Positions 9,014 to 16,880 of a DNA stretch of 64,000 nucleotides are shown here, piece by piece. Both the position numbers and the translations under genes were made by a program. The stretch is from Vicinamibacterales bacterium (GTDB lineage: Bacteria; Acidobacteriota; Vicinamibacteria; Vicinamibacterales; UBA2999), in assembly GCA_035496255.1 (NCBI GenBank), contig DATJEU010000068.1, positions 3,256 through 67,255 on the forward strand. The letters are read 5' to 3'. The notes beneath the pieces were generated by a model. It made no database searches. It was not told where the DNA came from and worked only from the letters and a program-made list of their open reading frames with translations. The number at the start of each line of letters is the position of its first letter. The stretch's first letter is position 1.

Positions 9014-9538
9014 TCAGCGGCCGAGCGCGCGGCGGATCAGGACCATGTGGTGATAGCTGTGACGCAACGCGTGGTCTTCGATGAAGAACTGGCAGGTGAG
9101 CGGCGCGTCTTCATAGAGCGAGTTCGGCGTCGCGGTCGCAAGCTGCTCCCCGGTGAGCGCCCGGATCGCTGCCGCCGCCGCTGCGCTGTTCTGCCGCAGC
9201 AGCGCGATCGCTTCTTCCTTCGTCGGCGTCGGGTTGTCGGCCGCGTGTTTCGCGTTCACGTCGGCGACGGCATCCCAGGTCACGCCGGTGATCGGCTGGC
9301 CTGCGGCAATCGCCTGGGCCAGCTGAATCTCGAGCGGATAGATGCTGGCGACGTGGTGAACGATGACGCCGACGGGGCGGCGGTCCTTGAGCGGCGTGCT
9401 GCGCCACTCGGCATCGGTCAGGCTGCCAGCGAACGTGATGAGCGCCTGGGCGCCCTGTTCGAGGCGCTCGGCCAGGGCGTCTGCCTGTGGGCCGGCGGCA
9501 CCTGTGCGGGTGTCGGGAGTCGGAATGGTGTGTGTCAT
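9014..9538 (-). CDS. DinB-family (four-helix-bundle, metal-dependent) protein
   Basis: Start trimmed to MTHTIPT (ATG 9538). Conserved-His pattern (IVHHVAS, EDHALRHSYHHM) is typical of the DinB/YfiT superfamily. Sits 16 nt upstream of the methyltransferase start. Confidence 0.8.
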   Translation of the reverse strand: MTHTIPTPDTRTGAAGPQADALAERLEQGAQALITFAGSLTDAEWRSTPLKDRRPVGVIVHHVASIYPLEIQLAQAIAAGQPITGVTWDAVADVNAKHAADNPTPTKEEAIALLRQNSAAAAAAIRALTGEQLATATPNSLYEDAPLTCQFFIEDHALRHSYHHMVLIRRALGR

Positions 9539-9605
9539 GCGGCGAACTGTAACAGGGCCGCGGCAGCCCGAACTTCGCCGGATCGGGTCATTTTGGCGGC
9601 GAATC

Positions 9606-9628
9606 GAAAAATGGCCGGATCCGGCCAT
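9606..9628 (-). terminator. Intrinsic terminator candidate downstream of the LuxR-family gene
   Basis: Perfect 18-bp palindrome atggccggatccggccat (9611-9628) followed on the minus strand by TTTTT. Confidence 0.55.
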
Positions 9629-9723
9629 GGCCACGTCATGGAAAAGTACGCCACGACGGTCACGACGAATTAGGACGGCCCCGACGAAAGCTCCGTGCTC
9701 GTCGTGGCGTCTGCCGTTTTGGG

Positions 9724-11394
9724 TTAAATCAGCCCAAGCCGGGCGGCGTGGGCGACGGCGGCGGAGCGGGACGAGACATCCAGCTTGGTCAGCGTGTTCG
9801 CCACGTGGCGATGCACCGTGTGCTCGCTGATGCACAGGCGATCGGCAATTGCCTGGTTGCTCAGGCCCGTGGAAATCAGGCGCAGCACTTCGAGTTCGCG
9901 GGTGGTCAGGCCGCCGGCGCCGCGTGACGCCTTCGTGCTGGCCGCGGGCGATCGCAGCTCCTGCTTCACCGCGTCGGCTGCGGCGATGTCGACGCGCGCG
10001 TCGAGCGTGGTGAACTGGTCGAGCGCGCGCTGGACTTCAGAAGCCGCCGCTTCGGTGCGACCGAGCCGCGCCAGCACTCGGGCGAGGGCGAGGCGGGCAC
10101 GGGCCACGTCGTATGGCGCGCCGCTTCGCTCGAACAAGTCCACCGCATCCTCGAGATCGCGCCGCGCCCCATCGTCCTCGCCGCCGGCGAAGGCGACGAG
10201 ACCGGCAGCGAGGCTCGCCGTGGCCAGCAGCGGCGACGTGCGCGCGTCGGTGGCGATGCCCCGCAATTCGTCGAGGGCCGTGCGTGCGGCATCGCGATGC
10301 GCCGGGCCAGCGGCGGCGTGCGCGCGCACCAGCAGCTCGAGTCCTGGTGCCCGCTCGATGCGATTGCGAACCGGCATGCGCCGCAGATGCCGCTCCGCCA
10401 ACTCGATTGCGGTCGTGGCGTCGCCGCGATCGAGCGCGATCGCCGCGCGTCCGAGCGACGCCACCGGATGTGCGCTGCTGCGTTCGAATAACGCCGCCGC
10501 CTCGTCGAGCCGCCCCTGGCGACGACGCAGTTCACCCAGGCGGGCGAGGCCGTCGGTCGTCATCCCCGGCCGGCAGACGGCGAGCTCGTCGCACGCGTTG
10601 GTCAGTTCGCGTTCGGCTTCGTCCCACGCGCCTCTCGACATGCAGACGGATGCGTACTGCGTGCGGCAGACGGCGAACAGCGGCTTGAGGCCGACCTTCC
10701 GGCTGTGCTCCTTGATCCGCTCGCACCACTGAATCACGCGGCCGTGATCGCGCACGCGTTCGCAGGCGGCGATCAGGTAGCAGCCGGCAAGACCGATCAG
10801 CAGGCGATCGGTCACCTCGCCGGCGAGGATCGCGGCGCTGACCTCGTCCAGTTCGCGCAACCCCTCGGCGACGCGGCCGACGGTCACGCGTGACCAACCG
10901 CGCAGGGCGCGGCCGACCATCTCGTAATCGACGGTGCCAAGCGCCTGGCTGACGCGGATCGCGTCGGTGCTCAACGCTTCGGCTGCTTCAGCGTCGCCTT
11001 CGTCCGCCAGCGCGAACAGCGCCGCGCGCACCGCGAGGAATGCGTGCTCGTGCGATTCCGGTTGTCCGTCGAGCAGCCGGCGCGCGCGCTGCAGCCAGCC
11101 GTTCGCCACGCCATCCTCGCCGCGGAACGCCGAACTGTCCCACGCGATCCAGGTCGCGACCCGCGCCGCGGACACGACGTCGCCGCGACCGAGGTATCCG
11201 CGATAGGCGCGCTCGCGTGAGTCGAAGACGACGTCGCCCTGATCCAGCCACCAGCCGGCCAGTCCGAGTCCTTCGAGTGCTTCAGGAGACTCCTCGACCG
11301 CGAGCGCCCGCCTGAACGCGTGCTCGGCATCGAGCCACGCGCCCTGATCCAGCGCCGCGCGGCCTGCGGTGAGATCGGCGTCTGACGCCAGCAC
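9724..11394 (-). CDS. LuxR-family transcriptional regulator with large helical/TPR-like N-terminal domain
   Basis: C-terminal HTH LTTRELEVLRLISTGLSNQAIADRLCISEHTVHRHVANTLTKL. GTG start at 11394. No receiver or ATPase motifs seen. Confidence 0.85.
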   Translation of the reverse strand: MLASDADLTAGRAALDQGAWLDAEHAFRRALAVEESPEALEGLGLAGWWLDQGDVVFDSRERAYRGYLGRGDVVSAARVATWIAWDSSAFRGEDGVANGWLQRARRLLDGQPESHEHAFLAVRAALFALADEGDAEAAEALSTDAIRVSQALGTVDYEMVGRALRGWSRVTVGRVAEGLRELDEVSAAILAGEVTDRLLIGLAGCYLIAACERVRDHGRVIQWCERIKEHSRKVGLKPLFAVCRTQYASVCMSRGAWDEAERELTNACDELAVCRPGMTTDGLARLGELRRRQGRLDEAAALFERSSAHPVASLGRAAIALDRGDATTAIELAERHLRRMPVRNRIERAPGLELLVRAHAAAGPAHRDAARTALDELRGIATDARTSPLLATASLAAGLVAFAGGEDDGARRDLEDAVDLFERSGAPYDVARARLALARVLARLGRTEAAASEVQRALDQFTTLDARVDIAAADAVKQELRSPAASTKASRGAGGLTTRELEVLRLISTGLSNQAIADRLCISEHTVHRHVANTLTKLDVSSRSAAVAHAARLGLI

Positions 11395-11424
11395 AGCACG
11401 CGATTATAGCGGCGGGGACTGGAC

Positions 11425-11520
11425 GCGGTTGGCGGGTTGGCGGCTGGCGGTTGATGGCAGGCGGCATGGATACATGCCGCGTACACGTGGGTCCGCGGCC
11501 GCCGGTCGCCAGCCGCGTCG
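11425..11520. repeat. Heptamer-periodic inverted array around a central hairpin
   Basis: Left side gcggttg gcgggttg gcggctg gcggttg. Central hairpin gcggcatg-gata-catgccgc (11461-11480). Right side ccgcggc cgccggt cgccagc cgcgtcg. Confidence 0.7.
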
Positions 11521-11522
11521 GG

Positions 11523-13013
11523 TCAGCGGTCGAACGACTCGCGGCGCGCCGATTCCGTCAGCTTCGTCACATAGCGTTCCGGATTCCTGCGAAACATCTC
11601 CTGCAGTTCGCCAAGACTCTTCGCGCCGCCGTAGCTGATCGCCGAGCACAGGTGCTTCAGCATGTCGCGGATGATCGGGCGCACCGATCCGCGCGCCGGC
11701 ACCGCAATCTCCAGCCCTTCGGCGCCAAGCGCATCGACGTCGGCGGCGTCGAGGTCCTCGACGTCGAGGCGATCGACGATGGCTTCGAGCGAGGCCATGC
11801 CGCGAAACACCTTGAAGGGCACGCGGACGGTCTTGCTCGATTCGGGGACGACCACCGGCTTCTGCACGGTGTCGCCGGGTGTCTCGGTCGTGCCGGCGAA
11901 GGCGCTCCCGAGCATCACGGTGTCGCCGCCGAAGAGCAGCGCCTGCACGACCGCGCCATCGCGCTTGATGCCACCGTCGGCGATCAGCGGGACGCGGCCG
12001 CCAGCAGCCAGACGACACTCGACGAGTGCCTGCACCTGAGCGACGCCGAAGTTCGTATTCAGCCGCGTGGTACATCCGCCGCCAGGGCCGATGCCGACCT
12101 TGATCGCGTTCACACCGCGCTCGAGCAGGAACTTCACGCCTTCGGCCGTCGCAACGTTGCCGGCGATCAGCTCGACGTCGCCGACCTGCTTCCGGAACGC
12201 GTCGATCGCGCGCGCCATCACCACGGAGTGTCCGTGGGCGATGTCGATCACGATCACGTCGACGCCGGCGCGAACGAGCTCCGCCGCGCGTTCGAGGTAG
12301 TCCCCTTTCGCACCGATGGCGGCGCCGACGCGCAGGCGGCCGCGGTCGTCGCGCGTGGCAAACGGCAGTTGCCGTTGTCGCACGAGATCCTTGGCGGTGA
12401 TGAGACCGATCAAGTGATCGCCGGCGTCCACCAGCGGCAGCTTTTTGATCTTGTGATCCCGCATCAGCTCCGCCGCCTGTGCCAGGTCCGGCACGCCGGC
12501 GTGCACGATCAACTGCTGCCGCGGCGTCATCCGCGCCCTCACGGGCTCGCGCGTATCCGCCACGAACCGCAGATCTCGCATCGTCAGCACGCCTTCGAGT
12601 CGTCCGCTGTCGCCGATGACGACGAGCGTGCCGACACCGGTCGAGCGCATGCGCGTCGCGGCCTCCGCGATCGAGGCGTGCGCCGTGGTCGTATACGGGT
12701 CGGTAATGATGCCGTGCTGCCGGCGTTTGACGTGCTCGACCTCGCGGACCTGTGGCTCGATCTCACCGCTGCGGAAGCCACGATCGACGATGCCGATGCC
12801 GCCTTCTTCCGCCAGCGCAATCGCCATCGCGGCGCGGGTGACGGTGTCCATATTGGCCGAGATGATCGGCCGCTTCAGCGTCAGTCCGGTGGAAAGCCGC
12901 GACGACAGATCGATGGTTGCGGGATCCCGCCGTTCGATGACGCTGTGCTGAGGTGTGAACAGGAAGTCGTCGAAGGTGCCGCCGTGGACGAGTTCGCGAA
13001 GCGTACGTTCCAT
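11523..13013 (-). CDS. guaB: IMP dehydrogenase
   Basis: [12 protein letters not shown]-terminus, CBS pair, catalytic loop [11 protein letters not shown], and GGDTVMLGS. Start ambiguous (TTG 13061, ATG 13025, ATG 13013); 13013 gives 496 aa. Confidence 0.9.
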   Translation of the reverse strand: MERTLRELVHGGTFDDFLFTPQHSVIERRDPATIDLSSRLSTGLTLKRPIISANMDTVTRAAMAIALAEEGGIGIVDRGFRSGEIEPQVREVEHVKRRQHGIITDPYTTTAHASIAEAATRMRSTGVGTLVVIGDSGRLEGVLTMRDLRFVADTREPVRARMTPRQQLIVHAGVPDLAQAAELMRDHKIKKLPLVDAGDHLIGLITAKDLVRQRQLPFATRDDRGRLRVGAAIGAKGDYLERAAELVRAGVDVIVIDIAHGHSVVMARAIDAFRKQVGDVELIAGNVATAEGVKFLLERGVNAIKVGIGPGGGCTTRLNTNFGVAQVQALVECRLAAGGRVPLIADGGIKRDGAVVQALLFGGDTVMLGSAFAGTTETPGDTVQKPVVVPESSKTVRVPFKVFRGMASLEAIVDRLDVEDLDAADVDALGAEGLEIAVPARGSVRPIIRDMLKHLCSAISYGGAKSLGELQEMFRRNPERYVTKLTESARRESFDR

Positions 13014-13121
13014 CGTGCCGCACATTCTCGTTCGCGACCTGTCGTCCTGTGAAGATGGCAATGGCCGGGCCTGACGGAAGGGTATTGGCGTTGCACCGAT
13101 TTTTCCGTGAGGAGGTCAGCT

Positions 13122-13337
13122 ATGGCGTCGAGAAAAGACGAGATGTCGCGAGCCGATCGGGATCGGAAGAGTTCGGACATCCGCCGGGATACACAGGTGC
13201 GCGGATCGATGGGGAAGCCGGCATCGGGACGCGAGAGCGACACCACTTCTCAGTCGAGCGAGGACATCCGCGGACGTTCGACGTCGGAGTCGAGCCGCCC
13301 ACCGCGGCAGCCCGGACGGATGCCGCTGCCTGACTAG
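13122..13337 (+). CDS. Small highly charged hydrophilic protein (71 aa), hypothetical
   Basis: Strong GGAGG (13111-13115) 6 nt before ATG 13122. Product is rich in S/R/D/E with no hydrophobic core. Supported only by the RBS and an open frame. Confidence 0.45.
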   Translation: MASRKDEMSRADRDRKSSDIRRDTQVRGSMGKPASGRESDTTSQSSEDIRGRSTSESSRPPRQPGRMPLPD

Positions 13338-13342
13338 AACTG

Positions 13343-13394
13343 CTGGTGGGCGGTGGCTGGTGGGACGCTGCTGCCCACCGCCCACCGCTACCGC
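13343..13394. repeat. Inverted heptamer arrays (CTGGTGG GCGGTGG CTGGTGG / CCCACCG CCCACCG CTACCG) between convergent genes
   Basis: A 12-bp perfect pairing ggtgggcggtgg / ccaccgcccacc is possible. The right arm overlaps the last codons of the 13388-14044 gene. Confidence 0.75.
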
Positions 13395-14044
13395 AGGTAC
13401 TTCTCAAACCACCTCGACGCGAGCGACATCACCTGTTCGAGTGTCCCGGGTTCTTCGAACAGGTGTGTCGCTCCGGGCACGATCTCCAGTTCCACCGCAC
13501 CGGTCAGGTGTGTCATCGCCTCGCGATTCATTTCGATCACCGGTTCATCATCGCCGCCCACGATCAGCAGTGTGGGGGCGGCGACGCCGGCCAGCGCGGC
13601 CCCGGCCAGGTCAGGCCGCCCGCCGCGCGAGACGACGGCCTTGACTGCTGACGGCCGCGCGGCGGCACCGATCAGCGCGGCGGCGGCGCCGGTGCTCGCG
13701 CCGAAGCAGCCGACCGGGAGCGTGAGCAGCTCGTCGCGATCCCGCGCCCAGTCGATCGCGAGAATCACGCGTTCACCCAGCCGATCGATGTCGAAGCGAT
13801 ATTCGGCCGTGCGCGCATCGATCGCATCTTCCTGCCGCGTCAGCAGATCAAGGAGCAGCGTCGCGAATCGATGGCGGGCCAGGTACTCCGCCACCGCGCG
13901 ATTGCGGCGGCTGAAGCGGCTGCTGCCGCTTCCGTGGGCAAAGATCACGAGGCCGAGCGCGTCCCGAGGCACCTTGATGTCGGCTCCGAGTTCGCCGCCG
14001 GCCACAGGGATCGTGATGGTGTCAGCAACGGCAATGTGAGCCAT
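13388..14044 (-). CDS. Dienelactone-hydrolase-like alpha/beta hydrolase
   Basis: VIFAHGSGSSRFSRRN and nucleophile-elbow-like GCFGASTGAAAAL. GAAGGA lies before ATG 14044. Sits 9 nt downstream of the esterase-family gene. Confidence 0.85.
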   Translation of the reverse strand: MAHIAVADTITIPVAGGELGADIKVPRDALGLVIFAHGSGSSRFSRRNRAVAEYLARHRFATLLLDLLTRQEDAIDARTAEYRFDIDRLGERVILAIDWARDRDELLTLPVGCFGASTGAAAALIGAAARPSAVKAVVSRGGRPDLAGAALAGVAAPTLLIVGGDDEPVIEMNREAMTHLTGAVELEIVPGATHLFEEPGTLEQVMSLASRWFEKYLR

Positions 14045-14053
14045 GTGCGTCCT

Positions 14054-15379
14054 TCAATATGCGGTTGGATACGTCTCCGGCAGATCGGCTTCGTCGACGG
14101 CCCACGTTTCCAGCGGCTCCAATGCGGTCGTGTCGTCGATGTGCATGACCGCATCGAACTGGTCTGGCAGCGTCGCCTTGAAGTAGTGACTGAGGCGCTC
14201 CGAGTCCGGTCGATAGATCACGCCGATGGCGCGCTCGAGTCGCGGCTCCTGCAGGGCAATGCGAACCGCCTGATGCCGCAGCAGCAGTACGAATCGTTGC
14301 AGGTCGGTGTCGTGGAACACCCGCTCATAGCTGCCCTCGAGTGAGGGCCGCACGCGCTTCCGCTGCGTCGGTTCGTCCCAGTTCGATGCCGCGGTGACGG
14401 TGCCGGCGTGGGTCGTGAAGCCGATCAGATACGCCTCCTTGTTGTACGTCTGGCGCACGAGTTGACCCAGATTGAGCTCGCCGCGACGCGCCATGTCCGT
14501 GGCCCGCGCGTCGCCGAGATGGGAGTTGTGCGCCCAGACGACCGCGCGCGCGGCACCGCCGGTGTGTCGGATGTGCTGCAGCAGCCCCTGCAGCGTCTCC
14601 ATCATGTGGCGGTCGCGCAGGTTCCAGGAATCGGCCCGTCCGCCGAACATCGCGCGGTAGTACATCTCCGCGTTCCGAATCAGTCGTGCATTCTGTTCTG
14701 CGTAGAAGAACTCGTCGGCGGCGATCCGCCCATCGCGTGCGGCATACGCGGCTGCCTGCCGGCGCATCTCGACGAGTTGATCGACGACCTGCTGCTCGCA
14801 GGACGGCGACAGCCCCACCGTGGCCGCGTAGCCGTAGCCCTGCGTGTCCTCCGCGAAGTCTTCGAAGCAGCCGTACCGGAAGCGCGCGCGTTCGGCGGCT
14901 TCGGGATCGACGTCGCGCAGATAGGTCAGGACGGCTTCGATCGAACGATGCATGCTGTACAGGTCGAGTCCGTAGAAGCCGCACTGGGCCGCGGGTTGCC
15001 GGGCCCCATTGAAGTCACGGAGCCACGACAGGAATTCGACGACGTCGCGGTTGCGCCACATCCACCGTGGAAACCGGAGGAAGTCGCCGAGCGCGGATTC
15101 GGCCTCCGCGTCGTCACTCGCCTGACGGACCCACCGGTTTGCGCGATAGGCGTCGGGCCAGTCGGCCTCGACGGCGACCACGTTAAAACCGCCGCGTTCG
15201 ATCAAGGCCTTCGTCAGTTCCGCGCGCGCACGGTAGAACTCGTGCGTGCCATGACTGGCCTCCCCGATCAGGACGATCGATGCCTCGCCAATCGATTCGA
15301 AGAGCGCGGCGAAGCCGTCGGGATCGGGCTCGAACCAGGTGGCGTGACGGCGGACGGCATCAATCGCGGTGTCGGTCAT
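14054..15379 (-). CDS. Erythromycin-esterase-family protein
   Basis: IVLIGEASHGTHEFY and VVAVEADWPDA are characteristic family motifs. Start set at ATG 15379 (AGGAG 7 nt upstream) rather than GTG 15394. Confidence 0.9.
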   Translation of the reverse strand: MTDTAIDAVRRHATWFEPDPDGFAALFESIGEASIVLIGEASHGTHEFYRARAELTKALIERGGFNVVAVEADWPDAYRANRWVRQASDDAEAESALGDFLRFPRWMWRNRDVVEFLSWLRDFNGARQPAAQCGFYGLDLYSMHRSIEAVLTYLRDVDPEAAERARFRYGCFEDFAEDTQGYGYAATVGLSPSCEQQVVDQLVEMRRQAAAYAARDGRIAADEFFYAEQNARLIRNAEMYYRAMFGGRADSWNLRDRHMMETLQGLLQHIRHTGGAARAVVWAHNSHLGDARATDMARRGELNLGQLVRQTYNKEAYLIGFTTHAGTVTAASNWDEPTQRKRVRPSLEGSYERVFHDTDLQRFVLLLRHQAVRIALQEPRLERAIGVIYRPDSERLSHYFKATLPDQFDAVMHIDDTTALEPLETWAVDEADLPETYPTAY

Positions 15380-15390
15380 GCGGCGACTCC

Positions 15391-16068
15391 TCACACGCCC
15401 CGTTCCGCCAGCAACTGCGTACGCTGCGCCAGCAGGTCGCGTACCTCCTGATCACTGGTTTGATCGAACTGCTCGTACCACAACCCCACCGCCTGGAAGA
15501 ACTCCGGCGTCATCGCGCACACGACCTCGTCAACCTCCTGGCGAAACGAGGCACAGGTGTCGGGCGCGCCGACCGGGGTGGCGATGACGATGCGTGCCGG
15601 GTGATGCTGGCGAAGCGCCCGCACCGCCGCACGCATGCTCGAACCGGTGGCCAGCCCGTCGTCGACGAGAATGACCACCTTGCCCGAGACGTCCGGAAAC
15701 GGCTGATCGTCCCGATAGAGGCGCTCGCGGCGTTCCAGCTCGCGCTGCTCCTCCTGAACGACCTGATCGATCGCCGGCTGGGGCACACGCAGCATGTGGA
15801 CGACTTCGTCGTTGATCACACGAACGCCGCCGCTCGCGATCGCGCCCATCGCCAGTTCCTGATGCCACGGTACGCCGAGCTTACGGATGACGAAGACGTC
15901 GAGAGGTGCGTGCAGTGCGGATGCGATCTCGAACCCGACCGGAACGCCGCCGCGCGGGAGGGCAAGGACGATGACGTCCTGCCGGTGGGCGTAGGCGGTG
16001 AGGTATCCCGCCAGCACCTTGCCGGCTTCATGCCGATCGCGGAAGCGGTGCAGGTCGTCGGTTCTCAT
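15391..16068 (-). CDS. Phosphoribosyltransferase-family protein
   Basis: FRDRHEAGKVLA, LALPRGGVPVG and PRPP loop VVILVDDGLATGSSM. GGAGG lies upstream of ATG 16068. Confidence 0.9.
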   Translation of the reverse strand: MRTDDLHRFRDRHEAGKVLAGYLTAYAHRQDVIVLALPRGGVPVGFEIASALHAPLDVFVIRKLGVPWHQELAMGAIASGGVRVINDEVVHMLRVPQPAIDQVVQEEQRELERRERLYRDDQPFPDVSGKVVILVDDGLATGSSMRAAVRALRQHHPARIVIATPVGAPDTCASFRQEVDEVVCAMTPEFFQAVGLWYEQFDQTSDQEVRDLLAQRTQLLAERGV

Positions 16069-16134
16069 GCGGGTGTGCCTCCGTACCTCTACGGCTTGTG
16101 CATACCGTGTTCCGCGCGCGCGGCCGCTTCAGGT

Positions 16135-16737
16135 TCAAAATGCGTCGGCGTACGAGATCTCGTCGGATCGATGTCGAGAACGCCGCGCCGCGATCACGCC
16201 CGCGACGATCCCGGCGCCCACCAGCGTCCGGGTAATGGGCGACCAGCGGCGTGGCGACAGGTTCCATCCCGTCCTGCGCCCGTTGCCCTGCAACGACGGT
16301 ATCCCGTCGCTGTCGACGTGCGGCTCGAGCTCATTGATGACGTTGGTGACGCCGGGTACGGCGGTGACTGCCTCGACGACATCCGTCACCTCGGCCGCGA
16401 GTATGAGCCCGCGCAACGTGACGCTGCCATTCCACACGAATACGTCGACGGCGCGCGGATGTGAACAGGCGCGACCAAGGCGAGCGCGCACCCGTCCGGC
16501 GATCGTGGCATCGTCCACCTGATCGTCGGATGCACGGTGCCGGGCGGCCGCGGTCAGGCCGCGCGCGCGATTCGAGATGTCGCGCGTGGCGGTGCCGAGA
16601 CGATTACGCGTGACCCGGCCGGCATGCACGAGTTTGTCGCCAATGAGCGCACGACGCCGGCGGCCTGTCGTCGGATCGAACAGAAGCGTGGCGGCGCTGC
16701 CGACGGCAGCGCTGATCAGGAAGTTCCGGCTGTTCAC
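16135..16737 (-). CDS. BON-domain protein with N-terminal membrane segment
   Basis: LLFDPTTGRRRRALIGDK motif, BON core VDVFVWNGSVTLRGLILAAEVTDVVEAVTAVPGVTNVINEL, and C-terminal TM. Start set at GTG 16737 (GAGGAGG 5-6 nt upstream); ATG 16773 is possible. Confidence 0.8.
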   Translation of the reverse strand: MNSRNFLISAAVGSAATLLFDPTTGRRRRALIGDKLVHAGRVTRNRLGTATRDISNRARGLTAAARHRASDDQVDDATIAGRVRARLGRACSHPRAVDVFVWNGSVTLRGLILAAEVTDVVEAVTAVPGVTNVINELEPHVDSDGIPSLQGNGRRTGWNLSPRRWSPITRTLVGAGIVAGVIAARRSRHRSDEISYADAF

Positions 16738-16880
16738 GTCGCCCTCCTCTGGTTTGAGATGCACGTTTCGCATGCATACGCCCGTCCGCATTAGACGTGG
16801 TGCGGACCTGTGAGGCTCGCCCCGCATCTTGACCGGCGCTCTGCGGCGGGAGGACACTGCGCGCGCAACGAGGAGCGCTC

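Noticed and set aside
11451-13052. 533-aa plus-strand ORF
   Set aside because: It is antisense to guaB, whose IMPDH catalytic and CBS motifs are unambiguous on the minus strand.
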